A stretch of 52,799 nt of DNA, from positions 1 to 52,799 of the forward strand of contig CAZCZX010000001.1 in NCBI GenBank assembly GCA_964503095.1, read 5' to 3'. Below the pieces are notes generated by a model that saw only the letters and a program-made list of their open reading frames with translations, did no database searches and was not told the DNA's origin. How positions within the stretch are numbered: position 1 is the stretch's first letter; every line of letters begins with the position of its first letter. This DNA is from an uncultured Sangeribacter sp. (lineage in GTDB: Bacteria; Bacteroidota; Bacteroidia; Bacteroidales; Muribaculaceae). Positions 18,170 to 27,232 of this stretch are shown here, in pieces. The position numbers were made by a program, and so were the translations under genes.

Positions 18170-20683
18170 TCATTGTTCATTAATGGTTGGTTCAATAACT
18201 TGATAATTGCCGCTTAAAAGCATAAAAGAAAATAGGCGTAGCAATCCATCATAATACGCGTCAAAATAGCCATCTTCATAAGGCTCGTGTTTGGAATTCC
18301 AAACTCGCTCTGCAAATTCACGAGACTTAGGGTCGGTGGCAGCCAAAGACACGGCTCCAAGCGTCCCAACAAGACCTACAGAATGACGCAGCGACTGATG
18401 CTGGCCTGCTTCAAGTATTTTCTCAACTTGACTTCCGTCTATCTTATACTGGTCTACAAAAGAGTCTATTCCCTCTCCATAGAAAAAATCCTGAATCCTA
18501 TCTGCATACTCACGTTGCCAATCGGCATCCGCTCCGCTCCAAGCATAGTCAATAGCAATATTCAAAGGCACTCTCCATGAGTCGAAACGGAAATCATCGC
18601 CGATAATAAATCTTGATCCGCGTGGACTGCCATCGTAAGCAGTATAATCAGGGGTCAGTCCTGTCATCGGGTGAGTGGCTTTATGGAGATATGCCCTGCT
18701 CTTGTCGGCGCAAGATTTCCAGAAATTGCTTCTTCCATCATTTGCCCACTTTGCCCACACATCATAAAAAGCCGGAATATTATATGATGGATCTGTGTAA
18801 CTGCCACCCCAAGGGTCTGGGGTGAAAGTGATTAGTTTTTCCTCTATATTGATGAGTGGGGAAACACGGTCCATACCGGTTTTCTGCATTGATTTATTCA
18901 GAATGTTTTGAGCTTCTTCGAGATAATTGATGCCCGTGTCGTTGCCCCAACGGTTGGAGGCAAAGATGAGGGAGGTGATGAAGAAAAGTTCTCCATCAGA
19001 GGCAGATCCATGCGCATTGGGGGTGCCGTCGGTCTTGCAGCTCCATGCGAAATATCCATCATTCGGGCCGTCTTGATGCTGCATATTTTTTTTTGCCCAT
19101 CTCCAAAGTTTATCAAAAATATCCTTTTTGTCAAGTTGCACAGCAATCATCATGCCATAAGACATTCCCTCAGTGCGGACATCATTATTTTTGATATCAC
19201 TTATGTAAGCTGTGTAATCATCGGCTTCGAAATAAACCTTATTGGGACCATAAAAGAGGTCGTTGAATATCCGGTTGAGCCGATTGTTGATATCTTCTTC
19301 AGAATACCCCAGTTGTTTGAAATAGTTGCGGTATTGTCCTGAGGAAAACGCACCTCCCTCAAGTGGAAGAGCGTCAAAACCTATCCAATCAATTTCTGCA
19401 GATGATCCTTTTGTCATGGTCACCTTAATATCTTTTATCCCTTCGGGAGAATAACTGACAGGCACACCCACCTCTTGCCAGCTCTTGCTTGCATGCACAT
19501 TGAATGTGGCAATGATTTTTCCACCATTCTCACTAATTTGAATGGTGCAACCTTTTTTGCTAAGAATCCTGACGGTTGCTTCCTTTACTGGGCGATTGCC
19601 AAAATCCACACGATCATATGCAACCCATGCACCTATTTTTGAAAATTCAACTGCCCAACCTTTGAATGTGTCGTTTGGGTCGAGGAAGTTGAGTTTTATT
19701 CCATTTGGGCTAATGTCACTATAGCGGTCGATGTGAATTCTTTTCCTTGCATCGCTTACTCCGACACCTCGCAAGGTTGGGGTCACTTTATTAATACTAC
19801 CATCTGGATTGAACGTCAATTTATCTATCCTTGCAGATCGACGCTTATCCATGTCGGGAGAATAGTCATTGTGATGATAGAATAGATACCATTCCCCATC
19901 TTTCTCTACGATCGAGTGGTGATTGGTCCAGCATCCTGTAGGAGATTCTTCCATTATGATTCCCTTGAATTCAAACGGACCGTAAGGATTGTCAGCGACA
20001 GCATATGCAAGAGTCTCCGTCACATCTCTGACCCATGGGAAAGTGAGATAGTAGATGCCGTCACGCTTGAAAGCAAAGGGTCCTTCCTTGAAACCTTCTG
20101 GTAGACCTTGGATTTTTTGAGGTTCTCCATCGAGTTCCATCATATTGTCTTTAAGAGGGGCTACAGAGAGTCCCATTCCGCTCCAATATATATAGCTTTT
20201 GCCATCATCGTCAATAAGAACACAAGGATCTATACCCATCACCCCTTTAATTGGATGCGGCATAGGCATGAACGGACCTTCCGGAGAATTTGCAATGGCG
20301 ACACCGATACCGAACCCTCTCTCCAAATCTTTTGGAGATGCAGGGAAGTAAAAATAGTAGCGACCATCTTTCTCAACGCAATCCGGAGCCCACATGGCAT
20401 AGGAATTTGGTTTTACCCATGGGATATTGTTCTGAGTGAGAATTACGCCGTGGTCAGTCCAGTCCACCAAGTTGTCGGATGAAAACACATGATAGTCTGC
20501 CATGCAAAACCACTCTTTCAACTCGTCGACAGGACTTACAATATCATGAGAAGGATAGAGATACATCTTTCCATTGAATACTCTCGCCGTTGGGTCAGCC
20601 GTGAATTGGTCGTGGATTATTGGGTTTTGAGCAGACATTCCAGTTGCCAACAAAACACAACCCATTGAAATAATCTTTCTCAT
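18170..20683 (-). CDS. Trimodular xylan-active enzyme: GH43 + CBM6-like + GH8 (Rex-like exo-oligoxylanase)
   Basis: Signal peptide MRKII...MSA-Q from ATG 20683. GH43 motifs ADP, WAPD, IDP, EGP. CBM6-like WVAYDRVDFG...EIDWIGF. GH8 motifs VRTEGMSYG, SASDGE, FDSWR. Confidence 0.85.
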   Translation of the reverse strand: MRKIISMGCVLLATGMSAQNPIIHDQFTADPTARVFNGKMYLYPSHDIVSPVDELKEWFCMADYHVFSSDNLVDWTDHGVILTQNNIPWVKPNSYAMWAPDCVEKDGRYYFYFPASPKDLERGFGIGVAIANSPEGPFMPMPHPIKGVMGIDPCVLIDDDGKSYIYWSGMGLSVAPLKDNMMELDGEPQKIQGLPEGFKEGPFAFKRDGIYYLTFPWVRDVTETLAYAVADNPYGPFEFKGIIMEESPTGCWTNHHSIVEKDGEWYLFYHHNDYSPDMDKRRSARIDKLTFNPDGSINKVTPTLRGVGVSDARKRIHIDRYSDISPNGIKLNFLDPNDTFKGWAVEFSKIGAWVAYDRVDFGNRPVKEATVRILSKKGCTIQISENGGKIIATFNVHASKSWQEVGVPVSYSPEGIKDIKVTMTKGSSAEIDWIGFDALPLEGGAFSSGQYRNYFKQLGYSEEDINNRLNRIFNDLFYGPNKVYFEADDYTAYISDIKNNDVRTEGMSYGMMIAVQLDKKDIFDKLWRWAKKNMQHQDGPNDGYFAWSCKTDGTPNAHGSASDGELFFITSLIFASNRWGNDTGINYLEEAQNILNKSMQKTGMDRVSPLINIEEKLITFTPDPWGGSYTDPSYNIPAFYDVWAKWANDGRSNFWKSCADKSRAYLHKATHPMTGLTPDYTAYDGSPRGSRFIIGDDFRFDSWRVPLNIAIDYAWSGADADWQREYADRIQDFFYGEGIDSFVDQYKIDGSQVEKILEAGQHQSLRHSVGLVGTLGAVSLAATDPKSREFAERVWNSKHEPYEDGYFDAYYDGLLRLFSFMLLSGNYQVIEPTINEQ

Positions 20684-20687
20684 GGCA

Positions 20688-22136
20688 TCAACGCTTTCTG
20701 AAGTTCCACTTTGAATTATCGCTTGAGAAATCAAACTTACCAAGAGAAGGAGTGCTGTCTGCAACGGAAACGAGAGCAAGCATCTCGTCGCATCCTGGAA
20801 TCGCCTTTGGCATTATTCGATAAGTGCCATCGATAAGTTGCTCTATTCTCCAAAGCTGTTCGTCGGCTCCGGTGAAGTGTTCCACTGTTGAGACTTCTTT
20901 ATCAGCGGTGGCACAAAGAGCCCTATCAGTACCTGCGATTGTGATCTTATAATAAGGAGCCCCAAGATACCCACCGGCATCAGGCACCGCTGTAACAGTC
21001 CATTTCTGATGAGGGCGAAACATATAGTCGCCAATTCTAACATCAATATTTCCAGAAGGCCAAGTCGCAATCACGTCTTCGAGTTTCTGATCGGGTAGTG
21101 GCTCTATAGGTTCCGTCTGAGGTTCCCAAAAACGATGAAGTCCTCCTTGCATTCTGACAAAATCCACAGCAAGCTCTAAGCCATATCCTCTTCTTTCCGA
21201 TTCAATTTCATAAGTATCCTCCACAAATGGATCGCCAGCCACCGGCCATTCATTTTTCCATAGTAATGGAAGAACGGCCAATACGCTTCTCCCACCAAGA
21301 TTGAAATCTGCTTCATAGTGGAGCGACATTTTCTCAACACCTTCATCTTCAATATATCGTCCGAAGTGTCCTGCTCCAGTCTTACGGTTGCCTGAGCTTG
21401 CCACCATCTTGCCGCCACCCTTAAGCATATCTCTTCCCATATTGTCAAGGTATGGTCCTTCCACATTGCGCGAGCGACCCACCACAATATTATATGTCGA
21501 ATTTGGACCATCGCAACAAGTGCCGTGTGTGCCAAGAAGATAATACCAGCCATCGCGATAGAGAAGATCAGTAGCCTCACAATCTATGGCAATATTAATA
21601 GCCTCATTTCCTTCCTTTCGCGCTCCGGTAGCCGGATCAAGCTCTACAAGACGGATGAATCCAAAATAAGTGCCATAAGAGAGCCAGAGTCTGCCTGTAT
21701 TAGGATCGAGAAGCAATCCGGGATCGATTGCATCGCAATCTTCGTTCTCTTCTGAATATGCCACCTCTATAGGCTCAGTATATTCAAAATCAGGTGAATT
21801 TGGATCAAGAGTCTTATTCCACATAGTCAGTACCTTTCCACTATGTCCACCACCAAGACCTCCACCAGTGGCACTATAAGCCACGAGATATCTATCGCCG
21901 ATTTTCACAACATCAGGAGCCGCACCACGCCCGGGGCGCACGCCACCTTGATGCCAGTGGTAACCGTCGTCGGAAATAAGACCGCCACCTCCCGTGCCGA
22001 AAGTGTAATATTTGCCATCGCATTTCATTATCGTCGAAGGATCGTGAATGTATGGCTCTCCGACCTGAGCCGATGCACTTGCCGCTGTCAAGGCAAGAAT
22101 AATTGAGGGAATATATTTAAATCTATTGAATTTCAT
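20688..22136 (-). CDS. GH43 glycoside hydrolase (arabinanase-like) with ricin-type beta-trefoil C-terminus
   Basis: Signal peptide ASA-Q. HDPS, APDV, AIDP and CEA catalytic motifs. QKW, QLW and SKW repeats at the C-terminus. Confidence 0.85.
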   Translation of the reverse strand: MKFNRFKYIPSIILALTAASASAQVGEPYIHDPSTIMKCDGKYYTFGTGGGGLISDDGYHWHQGGVRPGRGAAPDVVKIGDRYLVAYSATGGGLGGGHSGKVLTMWNKTLDPNSPDFEYTEPIEVAYSEENEDCDAIDPGLLLDPNTGRLWLSYGTYFGFIRLVELDPATGARKEGNEAINIAIDCEATDLLYRDGWYYLLGTHGTCCDGPNSTYNIVVGRSRNVEGPYLDNMGRDMLKGGGKMVASSGNRKTGAGHFGRYIEDEGVEKMSLHYEADFNLGGRSVLAVLPLLWKNEWPVAGDPFVEDTYEIESERRGYGLELAVDFVRMQGGLHRFWEPQTEPIEPLPDQKLEDVIATWPSGNIDVRIGDYMFRPHQKWTVTAVPDAGGYLGAPYYKITIAGTDRALCATADKEVSTVEHFTGADEQLWRIEQLIDGTYRIMPKAIPGCDEMLALVSVADSTPSLGKFDFSSDNSKWNFRKR

Positions 22137-22149
22137 GGCAAAAAATAGT

Positions 22150-22860
22150 TTATAGAGTGCTGATAGTGTAGTTAGTTACAGGAGTTCCATCATCGTGAAG
22201 AAAACGCAAGCAGAAATCGCTCATACCTGGACCATTGATGATCGCACCTCTTATGATGTTGCGTCCCTTCTTAAGTGTCAGTCGTTTTGAAGTGCCATCA
22301 TCCATCACCATTCGGCGGTCGCCTGAAAGCAGCACGGCTTCCTCGCCATTAAGCCACCACATGGAAGCGGAATTTGAACCGACCGACATCCTGACATCTG
22401 CAATTTCTTCTTCACAGTCAATAGCGGTCACCACCCAGAAAAGAACTCCATAGTAAGGTTTTTCAAGTCCGGTAGCAAATCGAAATAACTTGACGTTGAA
22501 TAGTTTACTGTCTAAAGCATGCCATTTCAAGGACTGCTTGCCAACTTTCACCTTTTGTCCGTCTTTTGGAAATGCTGTAGTTTGACCTGGGAAATATTCA
22601 GTATTAAATACCTCACGGAGATAACTATCAGTGAAAACTGTATTGCTTCTGTTGGGTTTTTCGATTGGCTCCAGCATGAGCCATCGACCAATGAAACCTT
22701 CCGCGTTTGGTTTTGCCACTCCAGAAATAGAAGTGGAGAAATATGGCGTCAACCCATTTTCTTCATTCCCCTTGGCTGAGGAATTGATTGGGGTTGTCAT
22801 TATGCCACATGCCAACGTGGCATAGGCCAGCCCACGCTTTAAAAGTTGTTTTGTCTGCAT
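22150..22860 (-). CDS. Secreted hypothetical protein, first gene of the CAZyme cluster
   Basis: Signal peptide. Trp/Tyr-rich, beta-strand-like sequence (WWLNGEE, LKKGRN). No hydrolase motif recognised. Confidence 0.7.
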   Translation of the reverse strand: MQTKQLLKRGLAYATLACGIMTTPINSSAKGNEENGLTPYFSTSISGVAKPNAEGFIGRWLMLEPIEKPNRSNTVFTDSYLREVFNTEYFPGQTTAFPKDGQKVKVGKQSLKWHALDSKLFNVKLFRFATGLEKPYYGVLFWVVTAIDCEEEIADVRMSVGSNSASMWWLNGEEAVLLSGDRRMVMDDGTSKRLTLKKGRNIIRGAIINGPGMSDFCLRFLHDDGTPVTNYTISTL

Positions 22861-22897
22861 CTGGTATATAATTTAAGGTATTTGTGTTTTGCTAACT

Positions 22898-22941
22898 ATG
22901 CAAAATTAACAAAAAATATGATACAAACTTTAATTTTGCAT
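22898..22941. promoter_or_regulatory. Back-to-back divergent -7 promoter elements (CAZyme cluster on minus, kinase-led run on plus)
   Basis: ATGCAAAATTAA (22898-22909) and TTAATTTTGCAT (22930-22941) each contain TAATTTTG, in opposite orientations. Confidence 0.65.
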
Positions 22942-23048
22942 TAAAAAATGTAAATATATATGAAAGGAGTGCAAGTTCAATTTATATTATTTGTATAATT
23001 AATGAATTTTGATTAATTTTGTGGGTGAATATACACAAAAGAAAAAGA

Positions 23049-23915
23049 ATGAAAATACTGATAGCAGATGCGGGTGCATCAAAGACCGACTGGGTAAAAC
23101 TGACCATAAATCACTCTTCAGAAGTTGAGGAGGAACATTACACAGGAATTGGGATTAGCCCGCTTCATCATGATACTGATATGATTGAAGAAGAGTTGCG
23201 TCTGGTAAGAGTGGCTCTTGGAGAATCATTTGATAAGATATGTTTTTTTGGTGCCGGAATAGGCAGTCCGATTATTGCCAACAGAATGGAGACTCTGCTT
23301 TCTGAAATGTTCACATGTAAAGACATTAAAGCAGAAGGCGACATGTCCGGTGCAGCCAGTGCAGTATTAGGCAGAGAGCCTGGAATAGCATGTATCATGG
23401 GCACGGGAAGCAATTCTTGTCATTATGATGGCTCTTCAGTCGACCGAAAATCAGTATCATTGGGATATCTTTTGGACGACCAAGGAGGTGGAGTGGCATT
23501 TTGCCGGCACTTGTTGCGCGATGTTTATAAGAATCTCGCTCCAGAAGACATAATCAGGAAATTTAATGAGAAATATAACCTAACGGTGGGAGAAGTGGTA
23601 GATCATCTTTATCGCCAGCCTTCGCCAAACCGCTGGATTTCAAGTTTCATGCCATTTATTACAGAAAACTTGTCTCATCCCTATATTGCCTCTCTTGTTA
23701 ACACTCAGATTAAAAAGTTTTTCGATAGTGAGTTTGCATCTTATTCTGAGAAAGAACTGAAAGAAGAGGGGATAGGATTTGTAGGATCAGTTGCCCATGA
23801 ACTTTCCCAATCTTTATCTGAGGAAATGCAGAAAAGAAACTGGAAATTGCGTGCAATCATACGTAAACCTCTTCCTGGCATTATTAATCAATTTAGTGCA
23901 CTGCTTATAAATTAG
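23049..23915 (+). CDS. BadF/BadG/BcrA/BcrD-family ATPase, N-acetylglucosamine kinase-like
   Basis: ILIADAGASKTDW, FFGAG, IMGTGSN, LGYLLDDQGGG, FVGSVA. Confidence 0.8.
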   Translation: MKILIADAGASKTDWVKLTINHSSEVEEEHYTGIGISPLHHDTDMIEEELRLVRVALGESFDKICFFGAGIGSPIIANRMETLLSEMFTCKDIKAEGDMSGAASAVLGREPGIACIMGTGSNSCHYDGSSVDRKSVSLGYLLDDQGGGVAFCRHLLRDVYKNLAPEDIIRKFNEKYNLTVGEVVDHLYRQPSPNRWISSFMPFITENLSHPYIASLVNTQIKKFFDSEFASYSEKELKEEGIGFVGSVAHELSQSLSEEMQKRNWKLRAIIRKPLPGIINQFSALLIN

Positions 23916-23961
23916 GTGTCGAGGTATCAAGGTGTCTAGGTGTCGAGGTGTCGAGGTGATG
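23914..23961 (+). repeat. Intergenic 8-bp tandem repeat, consensus AGGTGTCG, about 6 copies
   Basis: AGGTGTCG-AGGTATCA-AGGTGTCT-AGGTGTCG-AGGTGTCG-AGGTGATG. Confidence 0.9.
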
Positions 23962-23992
23962 ATATTTAAATGTTTATTTAATATTGATTGAA

Positions 23993-24922
23993 ATGAAAAT
24001 TAGAATATTGCTTATGTCAATGGTGCTTTTAGCTACTGCCGTGACTGTATCAGCACAGGAAGAAAATGATTCCACATCACTGATAGATGCAGGAGTGATG
24101 TATGTGGATCCTCTTTTTGAGTATCCTACGGCACCGGAAGATTTAGAGACATTCACTGAAAAATGTGATTGGCTTGCAGAAAACTTTTGGAACAAATTGA
24201 ATTTGAAGAGTCAGGAAGTCGTAGACCAGGCTAAACTGAATGATGCATTCCAAGTTTATGCCACTACAATCCAATATGCCACAAAAGATAAAGTGACTGC
24301 CGCTGTGGATAAACTGATGAAAAACCTTCAGAAAAATCCTACGCTTCTTTATCAGATGACTAAGGCAGCAGAAGAACAAATCTATGGACCCAGAGCTGAG
24401 TTTTGGATTGATGAACTTTATGCAAGAATATTGAGTGCATCCCTTTCAAATAAGAAATTTCCTAAGAACAAGCGTGCAAGATATGAACTTCAACTCAAGC
24501 AACTTGAACATTCCTTGATAGGGGAGACTCCGAATAGGTTTGAATTTACACGAGCAAATGGAGAGGCTGCAAAATACTTCCCAATGTCAACACCTACTAT
24601 CATGATTTTTGGAGATCCTGATTGCGATGATTGCAGGATGTCAAAACTTAGGATGCAGTCGAATGTTGCCTTCAATAAAGCTGTGACAGATGGGAAAATA
24701 AATGTGCTTTTCATCATTCCTGATCCGGAAGAAGGATGGGAGAAAAAGACTACTGATTTCCCCAAAAACTGGACCGTAGGAGGATCCGAGACTGTGAGTG
24801 ATCTATATGACATCAGAGAAATTCCTGAGATTTATATTATAGGGTCAGATGGCAAGATTGTCGCTAAGCATATCAATGCTATGCAAGCCATGGAAAAAGC
24901 AATGGACATGCTTAAAAATTAA
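23993..24922 (+). CDS. DUF5106-like exported protein with C-terminal thioredoxin-like domain
   Basis: Signal peptide VSA-Q; ENFW; DPDCDDC (CxxC); YDIREIPEIYII (cis-Pro loop). Confidence 0.75.
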   Translation: MKIRILLMSMVLLATAVTVSAQEENDSTSLIDAGVMYVDPLFEYPTAPEDLETFTEKCDWLAENFWNKLNLKSQEVVDQAKLNDAFQVYATTIQYATKDKVTAAVDKLMKNLQKNPTLLYQMTKAAEEQIYGPRAEFWIDELYARILSASLSNKKFPKNKRARYELQLKQLEHSLIGETPNRFEFTRANGEAAKYFPMSTPTIMIFGDPDCDDCRMSKLRMQSNVAFNKAVTDGKINVLFIIPDPEEGWEKKTTDFPKNWTVGGSETVSDLYDIREIPEIYIIGSDGKIVAKHINAMQAMEKAMDMLKN

Positions 24923-24942
24923 AATAACGGAGAATAATAACC

Positions 24943-25452
24943 ATGGACACACATAAAGTGCTTGATCTTCCACGTAAGATCTATGTAGCAACTACAGGAT
25001 ATAGCTATACGCATCTTGGACGCCTGTTTTTGCGTCTGTTTGTAGGAATAATGCTCATGCAGTTTGGTATCCGACAACTACATCAATCAGAAATACTATC
25101 TCAGACATTTCCTTCAGTGTTAGGACTTGGATCAGAGGTTACATTTTGGATAATGATATGCATAGAGATAGGCTGCAGTCTCTTTATAATGGCAGGATTC
25201 ATCACCAGAGTGATGATTCTTCCTCCATTTATTGCCATGACAGTGGCAGAATATTATCTGCTTCATGATATGGTCTCAACTGCTTCTTATCAACTGAGTT
25301 GGGAGCAGCCTGGATATCTTCCGATAATGTTCTTAGGAATCTATTTCTTCCTAATTCTTGTAGGACCAGGGAAAATATCAGTAGATTACTTCTTGTCTCT
25401 TCATCTCTTGCATTCCTCTGATGCGAGCGAAGATGAACTGGAGGAAGTGTGA
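24943..25452 (+). CDS. DoxX-family membrane protein
   Basis: LFLRLFVG, conserved Glu in IEIG, GFITR and GPGKISVD. Confidence 0.85.
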   Translation: MDTHKVLDLPRKIYVATTGYSYTHLGRLFLRLFVGIMLMQFGIRQLHQSEILSQTFPSVLGLGSEVTFWIMICIEIGCSLFIMAGFITRVMILPPFIAMTVAEYYLLHDMVSTASYQLSWEQPGYLPIMFLGIYFFLILVGPGKISVDYFLSLHLLHSSDASEDELEEV

Positions 25453-25491
25453 AATATTATTCAACAATAAAAAAATATAAAATAAAAGGAT

Positions 25492-26601
25492 TTGAAAATT
25501 GCTGTTTTGATATCTGGAGGAGTAGACAGTGCAGTGACCTTAGACCGACTTTACCGTCAGGGCCATGACCTGCATTTATTCTACATCCGCATAGGGATGG
25601 ACAATGGGGAAGGAGAGTGCACGGCTGAGGAAGATATAGAGATGTGCACACTAATAGCAAAGAAGTATAACCTGCCTTTTAAGGTAGTGTCTCTTCATGA
25701 AGAATATTGGGAATACGTGATGCAATATGCCCTTCGCACTGTCAAGGAAGGACTAACACCACATCCCGACATTATGTGTAATAAAATCATAAAGTTCGGA
25801 TTCTTTGAAGAAAGATGGGGTAAATATTTTGATAAGACGGCTACAGGCCATTATGCAAAGGTGATAGAAGAAGATGGCAAATATTGGCTTGCCACAGCAC
25901 CAGATGCTGTGAAGGATCAGACAGATTTTCTTGCCCAGATAAGCTACGACCAGTTGAGCCACATCATCTTCCCGCTCGGCGACATGACAAAAGAAGAAGT
26001 GAGAGAGGCAGCCAAAGAAGCAAATTTGCCCAACGCCACCAGGAAAGACAGCCAAGGCATCTGTTTCCTTGGAAAAATTGACTATAGCTACTTCCTTGAG
26101 CGTCAACTCGGCACCAAGCCCGGTCCTGTAATAGAGATAGAAACAGGAAAGAAAATCGGAGAACATAAAGGTTACTGGTTTTATACCATAGGGCAGAGAA
26201 AGGGTCTTGGACTTGGAGGTGGCCCTTGGTTTGTGGTCAGGAAGAATATACGCGACAACGTTGTATATGTGAGCCATGGCTACGACACCAAAATGCAATA
26301 TGGGAAGAAGATTGAGATGGATGAAGTGGACTGGATTACTGTCAATCCATTTGAATATGACAAATTTAAGAAAGAAGAGGATGGATCATTAAGGGTATCA
26401 TTTAAGAATCGTCATACTCCGGAATTTCTTGATGGAATCTTGAGGTGGGAAGGAGAGAGAGGGTATATTCTTGAATCTGAGAAAGATGTGCAGGGAATAG
26501 CACCGGGGCAGTATTGCATCATTTACACTCCCGATCGCAAGGTATGTCTCGGATCAGGAATGATTGTGATAGAAAATAAAAAGAAAAAACATGGAAAATG
26601 A
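25492..26601 (+). CDS. mnmA: tRNA U34 2-thiouridylase (TTG start)
   Basis: SGGVDS PP-loop, PDIMCN, ATGHYA, KDQT, DSQGICF, YTIGQRKG, APGQ. Confidence 0.95.
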   Translation: MKIAVLISGGVDSAVTLDRLYRQGHDLHLFYIRIGMDNGEGECTAEEDIEMCTLIAKKYNLPFKVVSLHEEYWEYVMQYALRTVKEGLTPHPDIMCNKIIKFGFFEERWGKYFDKTATGHYAKVIEEDGKYWLATAPDAVKDQTDFLAQISYDQLSHIIFPLGDMTKEEVREAAKEANLPNATRKDSQGICFLGKIDYSYFLERQLGTKPGPVIEIETGKKIGEHKGYWFYTIGQRKGLGLGGGPWFVVRKNIRDNVVYVSHGYDTKMQYGKKIEMDEVDWITVNPFEYDKFKKEEDGSLRVSFKNRHTPEFLDGILRWEGERGYILESEKDVQGIAPGQYCIIYTPDRKVCLGSGMIVIENKKKKHGK

Positions 26602-27229
26602 ATTTGTCAGACTCAAGATAGTCGGCATCACATATAATCAAATAGAAAATGGCATGTATGCTATGGTACTTGAAGACCAAGATGGCACACTTCGCCTTCC
26701 TATAATTATTGGATACAACGAGGCGCAATCTATTGAATGTCTGCTTCAGAAAATCAAGACCCCACGCCCATTGACCCATGAATTCACCACTGAGATACTT
26801 GATTCTTTTGGCATCAACATTGAATCCGTAGTCATAAAGCAACTTGAAAATGGTATTTTCACAGGAGATGTGACTTTAGTCAAGGATGGCGAAAAGCACG
26901 TGATCGATGCAAGGTCGAGCGATGCAATAGCAATGGCAATGCGTGCGAATGCGCCTATCTATACCGCACGGACTCTGCTTGAGAAATGTGGAGTGGAGAA
27001 AGACTCTATGAGCACAAGAAATCTCAATGCCTCTTCAAGACATTCCATCCCGGCTCAGCAAGCAATAGAACGAGTGAAAAGACCTGATGCCAATATTTAT
27101 GAGAAATCATCTGAAATAGATCTGCTCACCATGATGGAGCAAGCAGTACAAGATGAAGATTATGAAAAAGCAGCGGAGATAAAATTGGAAATAGAAAAAA
27201 GGCGAGGAGCCACAGAACCAAATACATAA
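26591..27229 (+). CDS. Bifunctional-nuclease (DUF151) family protein with C-terminal UVR coiled coil
   Basis: LPIIIG..EAQSI, RPLTHE, IDARSSDAIA; EDYEKAAEIK UVR motif. Confidence 0.88.
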   Translation: MENEFVRLKIVGITYNQIENGMYAMVLEDQDGTLRLPIIIGYNEAQSIECLLQKIKTPRPLTHEFTTEILDSFGINIESVVIKQLENGIFTGDVTLVKDGEKHVIDARSSDAIAMAMRANAPIYTARTLLEKCGVEKDSMSTRNLNASSRHSIPAQQAIERVKRPDANIYEKSSEIDLLTMMEQAVQDEDYEKAAEIKLEIEKRRGATEPNT

Positions 27230-27232
27230 GAT

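Noticed and set aside
20683-20779. Extended ORF-track starts (20779, 6765, 35667, 39955, 44956, 49809, 51361)
   Set aside because: Most overlap upstream genes or promoter elements. Downstream ATGs give proper signal peptides or family N-termini.
22898-22941. Inverted repeat considered as an invertible (phase-variable) promoter
   Set aside because: The spacer is only 20 bp, no recombinase is nearby, and the symmetry is explained by two opposing -7 elements.
23914-23961. Repeat considered as a CRISPR array
   Set aside because: Units are 8 bp with no spacers, and no cas genes are present.
25753-26298. Long antisense ORFs (e.g. 25753-26298, 38167-38691, 40357-40857, 51628-52548)
   Set aside because: They lie opposite well-supported genes and have no recognisable motifs; typical shadow ORFs.
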